DNA of 64,000 nt. It comes from a virus. The notes beneath the pieces were generated by a model, which worked only from the letters and a program-made list of their open reading frames with translations, was not told where the DNA came from and did not search any database. The stretch lies in the IMG/VR virus record IMGVR_UViG_3300025121_000030, positions 1 through 64,000 of that record. One strand, written 5' to 3'. Made by a program: the position numbers and the translations under genes. This document shows, one piece after another, positions 60,898 to 64,000 of the stretch (position 1 is its first letter; each line of letters starts with the position of its first letter).

Positions 60898-61914
60898 ATG
60901 GCAACACAAGTTTATTTTGAATATAAAATACAAGGTGGATCAACATGGACTGAAACTACTAAACAAACAATAACTGTAACTCAAGATTATGAATTAGATA
61001 TGTCTAATTTGGATATGGGAACTAACTATGAGTATCGTGCGATTGTAAATGATGATGGTTGCATTAATAGTGGCGAAACAATGACTTTTTTTACATGGTC
61101 AGAAGAGATTAATAGTTTTGATTCACTGAGAAGATTATTGTTAGATGATATTTATAATGGTGACAGTTTAAGAAAACTATCTTTGGATGAAATTATTAAT
61201 GGAGATACATTAAGAAAATTAATTTTATCAGAAACTACAAACTTTGATACTCTTAGAAAAATTGCTTATGGTGGTTATTTTAGTGGAAAAACTTATCGTA
61301 GTATTGTTAAATATTATGAAGAATTATTTGATTCATTGAGAAAGTTAGCAATAGATGAGAATATTAATTTTGATTCATTGAGAGCATTAATTTTATCAGA
61401 GGTTGTTGATTTTGATAGTTTGAGATTGTTGATTATGGAAGACAGTGCTAACTTTGATACGTTACGGAAATTAGTAGTTTTGGATGAAAGTGATTATGAT
61501 ACATTAAGAAAATTAATTGACGATAGTAAATTTTCTACTGGTCTACTTAGAATATTGAGATCCGCAACGGCTGAAGAAGATGAAGAAGAAATGGAAACTT
61601 GCTTTGTGTTTTTTAATTCAGAAGAGTCAATAGTTGGAGAAGAATTGGATGTAACAGGGTATTCAGATTGTCTTGTTGAAGTATATTCAAAATTTGGTTC
61701 AACATTTGAGACAATTTTTGAAGGCACAATAGATCAAAATTTTTATCCAATTATGGCTATAAAGTCAAGCGATTTAAGTTTAATTAATAATCCTACTAGT
61801 ATAGGTACACATAATTTAGATGTTACGGGTTTAAAGAAAATCAGATGTTCTCTTAATTCTGTTTTATTTGATAAAATAAGAATGGTAGGAAACTTATTTA
61901 AAGAGAAAGATTAA
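60898..61914 (+). CDS. FN3-like fragment + acidic 14-aa repeats + C-terminal beta domain
   Basis: VYFEY..W.ET..NL..GTNYEYRA..G...TF.T; FD[ST]LRKL repeats; C-terminus resembles the 61990 ORF. Confidence 0.75.
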   Translation: MATQVYFEYKIQGGSTWTETTKQTITVTQDYELDMSNLDMGTNYEYRAIVNDDGCINSGETMTFFTWSEEINSFDSLRRLLLDDIYNGDSLRKLSLDEIINGDTLRKLILSETTNFDTLRKIAYGGYFSGKTYRSIVKYYEELFDSLRKLAIDENINFDSLRALILSEVVDFDSLRLLIMEDSANFDTLRKLVVLDESDYDTLRKLIDDSKFSTGLLRILRSATAEEDEEEMETCFVFFNSEESIVGEELDVTGYSDCLVEVYSKFGSTFETIFEGTIDQNFYPIMAIKSSDLSLINNPTSIGTHNLDVTGLKKIRCSLNSVLFDKIRMVGNLFKEKD

Positions 61915-61989
61915 AACAATAAAATAATATTTTAAATAATTATGCTCTACTTTATTAGAGTGTTTTTATTTTAAGGGGTGAATAATTAA

Positions 61990-62322
61990 ATGGGTAATTT
62001 CCCTGTAAAAATACATTATTTCCATAGTAAAGAAGATTCAGCGGTGAACGGAGAAGAATTGGTTGTAGAAAGTGGAATGGAAGTAATTGATGTAGAAATT
62101 ATTAATGATGGAGCCACATTTTTGGTACAGTTTGAAGGATCACTTGATGGTATTAATTGGTATTTATTAAATTGTATTAATTTATCAACATTAGGGACTT
62201 TAACACAAATTATTGTCTCTGGTCTTTTCCAGGTGGATCTATCTGGTTTACATCGTCTTCGTTGCAAAATTAATTCTATCTCGGTTGGCGATATAACTGT
62301 AGTTGGCAGAGCTGTCAATTAG
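61990..62322 (+). CDS. small beta-rich protein, paralog of the 60898 C-terminus
   Basis: GEEL.V, FEGS.DG, D.SGL..LRC. Confidence 0.7.
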   Translation: MGNFPVKIHYFHSKEDSAVNGEELVVESGMEVIDVEIINDGATFLVQFEGSLDGINWYLLNCINLSTLGTLTQIIVSGLFQVDLSGLHRLRCKINSISVGDITVVGRAVN

Positions 62323-62392
62323 TTAATTTTTTAATGAGAGGAATGACTTAAATGATATATATATTAAATAAATCTTCAGGTGGTGATACCTA

Positions 62393-63718
62393 TTGAAAAC
62401 TGGAAATTATATAATGGCGTTATTAAAAAAAGCTCAAGAAGGTGGTGGTACTCCATCAAATCTTCCTAATTATTTACCAAGTCAAGAAGATTTTGATAAT
62501 TCTGGAATATTACTTAAGACATATGATGTTACACCTTTAAATGGAGATCGGCGTTTGCGTGAAAACGTAGATAAAATTATTTGGGAAAAATTCTATGATC
62601 CATTGGGTGCTACAGCATATGCATGGCATCAAGTTTCAGATATAGAAATACCAGATGTCACAACATCTAATGATGTTCATTTTATATATTTACGAGGTGA
62701 TGCAGATACAGAAGATAGTGTTAGATTTATGCTTGATAATGGTACTACAAAAATACAAAAATTAGTTGATTCTATTTGGGTTGACGCTTCATTTACTTCT
62801 GGTAGTGCTACTATTAATTTTAGCAATGATGTATCAGTTGGTTCTGTTGGACACCATTTAAATATTTCTTCTAAGTCAACGGGCGAAAAATATTTTGCTA
62901 TACAAATACCATTTAATGATGATGGAACAAAAGATGTAGGCACTCCAAAATTAGGAACAAAAATATTTCGTTCAATTATACAACCAGATGAATCAGGTGA
63001 ATGGATTGGAACTACGTTACGATATGATAGACCAATTACTTCTCAGTTTATATATGATAAATTATATTTTAAAGTAGGTTCTGTAATAGCAACAAAACAT
63101 ATCCGAATACGATTGTATCGTAATATTGAAGATCGTGATCATTTATTTTATGATGAAACATTTAATTATTCTACATTTAGTCCTGCGAATGCTGAAATAA
63201 GTATTAATGTAAAACAAGATGTCTCATATATAAAAGGAATTAATATTATTGCAGTATATGAAAGTGAAGAACCATTTAGTTTTAAAACAAATGTAGATGG
63301 TACAATCCCTTGGATTGCAATGGATCAATGGCTTGAACATCATGAGTACATTCCTAGTTGGGACACATGGGAAGAAAAAACATGGAATACTAATGAAGCC
63401 ATAGTAAAAAATGGGATACTTTATATTTGTCAAGAAAGTGGTTCTCAAACTGGAACTTTTGATAGTAATATATCTGCTGGTAAATGGAAATCTTTAGAAG
63501 ATGTATTGAGTGGAATTGGTGAGAGTAGTAGTGATGATAGTAAAGATTTAGTTGTTAATTACGGAGTTAGTGGCGGTGCTATTACTGATGTGTATAGTAG
63601 TGATTCTTCATCTTTAAATGGTGGTTTATTGAGTGAAGATAATAGTGAGTTTTATATTATAAATGGTGGTACACTAGACAATGATTTTAATTTCCAGTTA
63701 GACGGGGGTACGTTCTAA
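62393..63718 (+). CDS. putative tail/receptor-binding accessory protein
   Basis: beta-rich; W...AIV.NG.LY.C small module; DGGT repeats at the C-terminus. Confidence 0.55.
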   Translation: MKTGNYIMALLKKAQEGGGTPSNLPNYLPSQEDFDNSGILLKTYDVTPLNGDRRLRENVDKIIWEKFYDPLGATAYAWHQVSDIEIPDVTTSNDVHFIYLRGDADTEDSVRFMLDNGTTKIQKLVDSIWVDASFTSGSATINFSNDVSVGSVGHHLNISSKSTGEKYFAIQIPFNDDGTKDVGTPKLGTKIFRSIIQPDESGEWIGTTLRYDRPITSQFIYDKLYFKVGSVIATKHIRIRLYRNIEDRDHLFYDETFNYSTFSPANAEISINVKQDVSYIKGINIIAVYESEEPFSFKTNVDGTIPWIAMDQWLEHHEYIPSWDTWEEKTWNTNEAIVKNGILYICQESGSQTGTFDSNISAGKWKSLEDVLSGIGESSSDDSKDLVVNYGVSGGAITDVYSSDSSSLNGGLLSEDNSEFYIINGGTLDNDFNFQLDGGTF

Positions 63719-63862
63719 AGTTAATGTAAAGGAATGAAGTAAAATTAAATATGGTTTCTGTATGAGGTTCTAAACTTATATAGAGTAAAACGAAGACACT
63801 GTACTGCTTTACAGTGTCTTTATCCATTTGTAAATCTTTTTATGCAGAAAAGGAGAATGAAT

Positions 63863-64000
63863 ATGGGATTGATAACTAAAACTGTAATGGTAAAATGAAA
63901 TGTTAGGAATAAGCAATGGTATGAGTCTAAAGAATATATTTTTACTAAATGGAAAGATGAATTTGAAGTAAAAGTTGAAGATTTAACTAGTGGAAGCACT
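63863..64000 (+). pseudogene. homing-endonuclease-like gene with an early stop, truncated by the window edge
   Basis: MGLITKTVMVK*NVRNKQWYESKEY...VKVEDL resembles the N-termini of 43257 and 34601; TGA at 63896. Confidence 0.65.

Noticed and set aside
5599-63448. Many short antisense or alternate-frame ORFs (e.g. 5599, 21070, 26035, 30097, 32184, 38248, 55040, 59669, 62016)
   Set aside because: Shadow ORFs of real genes with no RBS or recognisable motif, unlike 16295-16744
48964-63718. Diversity-generating retroelement acting on the paralogous tail genes
   Set aside because: No reverse transcriptase in the window and no near-identical repeat pair differing only at adenines
1-64000. tRNA, rRNA or IS transposase genes
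   Set aside because: None recognised by eye; tRNAscan-SE and ISEScan would be needed to exclude them formally

Overview
A 64-kb segment of a large, very AT-rich phage or phage-plasmid with SPbeta-like gene order; a Clostridia/Bacillota host is inferred from sigma-A promoters, AGGAGG ribosome-binding sites and parS/Fur/DnaA motifs. From left to right: (1) A ~3.2-kb gene-free region (728-3915) with an abrupt G/T-rich to C/A-rich strand flip. It carries host-protein-type sites (parS palindrome, perfect Fur 7-1-7 box, CsoR-type operator, DnaA boxes, CodY-like boxes) and short repeat arrays. (2) A minus-strand cassette: RHH regulator, SpoIIIAC-like membrane proteins, FtsK/SpoIIIE ATPase, Replic_Relax-type nuclease. 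(3) Tyrosine recombinase, SF1 helicase and a beta-class DNA methyltransferase with a complete HNH gene nested inside it in another frame. (4) A YonO-like single-subunit RNA polymerase split at its catalytic motif by a group I intron that carries a NUMOD4-HNH gene. (5) PIN-PhoH, metallophosphoesterase and ClpP genes. (6) The head module: terminase, portal, protease/scaffold, major capsid, connectors. (7) A tail-tube gene split by a second, ORF-less group I intron. (8) A shuffled family of virion-accessory genes with 14-aa repeats, CFI-box-like C-termini and an apparently split FN3 domain. About ten homing-endonuclease-like genes are interspersed. The strongest candidates for undescribed systems are a covarying three-way-junction/pseudoknot RNA leader in front of several free-standing endonuclease genes, the overprinted HNH inside an unbroken methyltransferase frame, and the multi-regulator binding-site array at the strand flip. 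All calls come from reading motifs and synteny by eye; no database searches were run.
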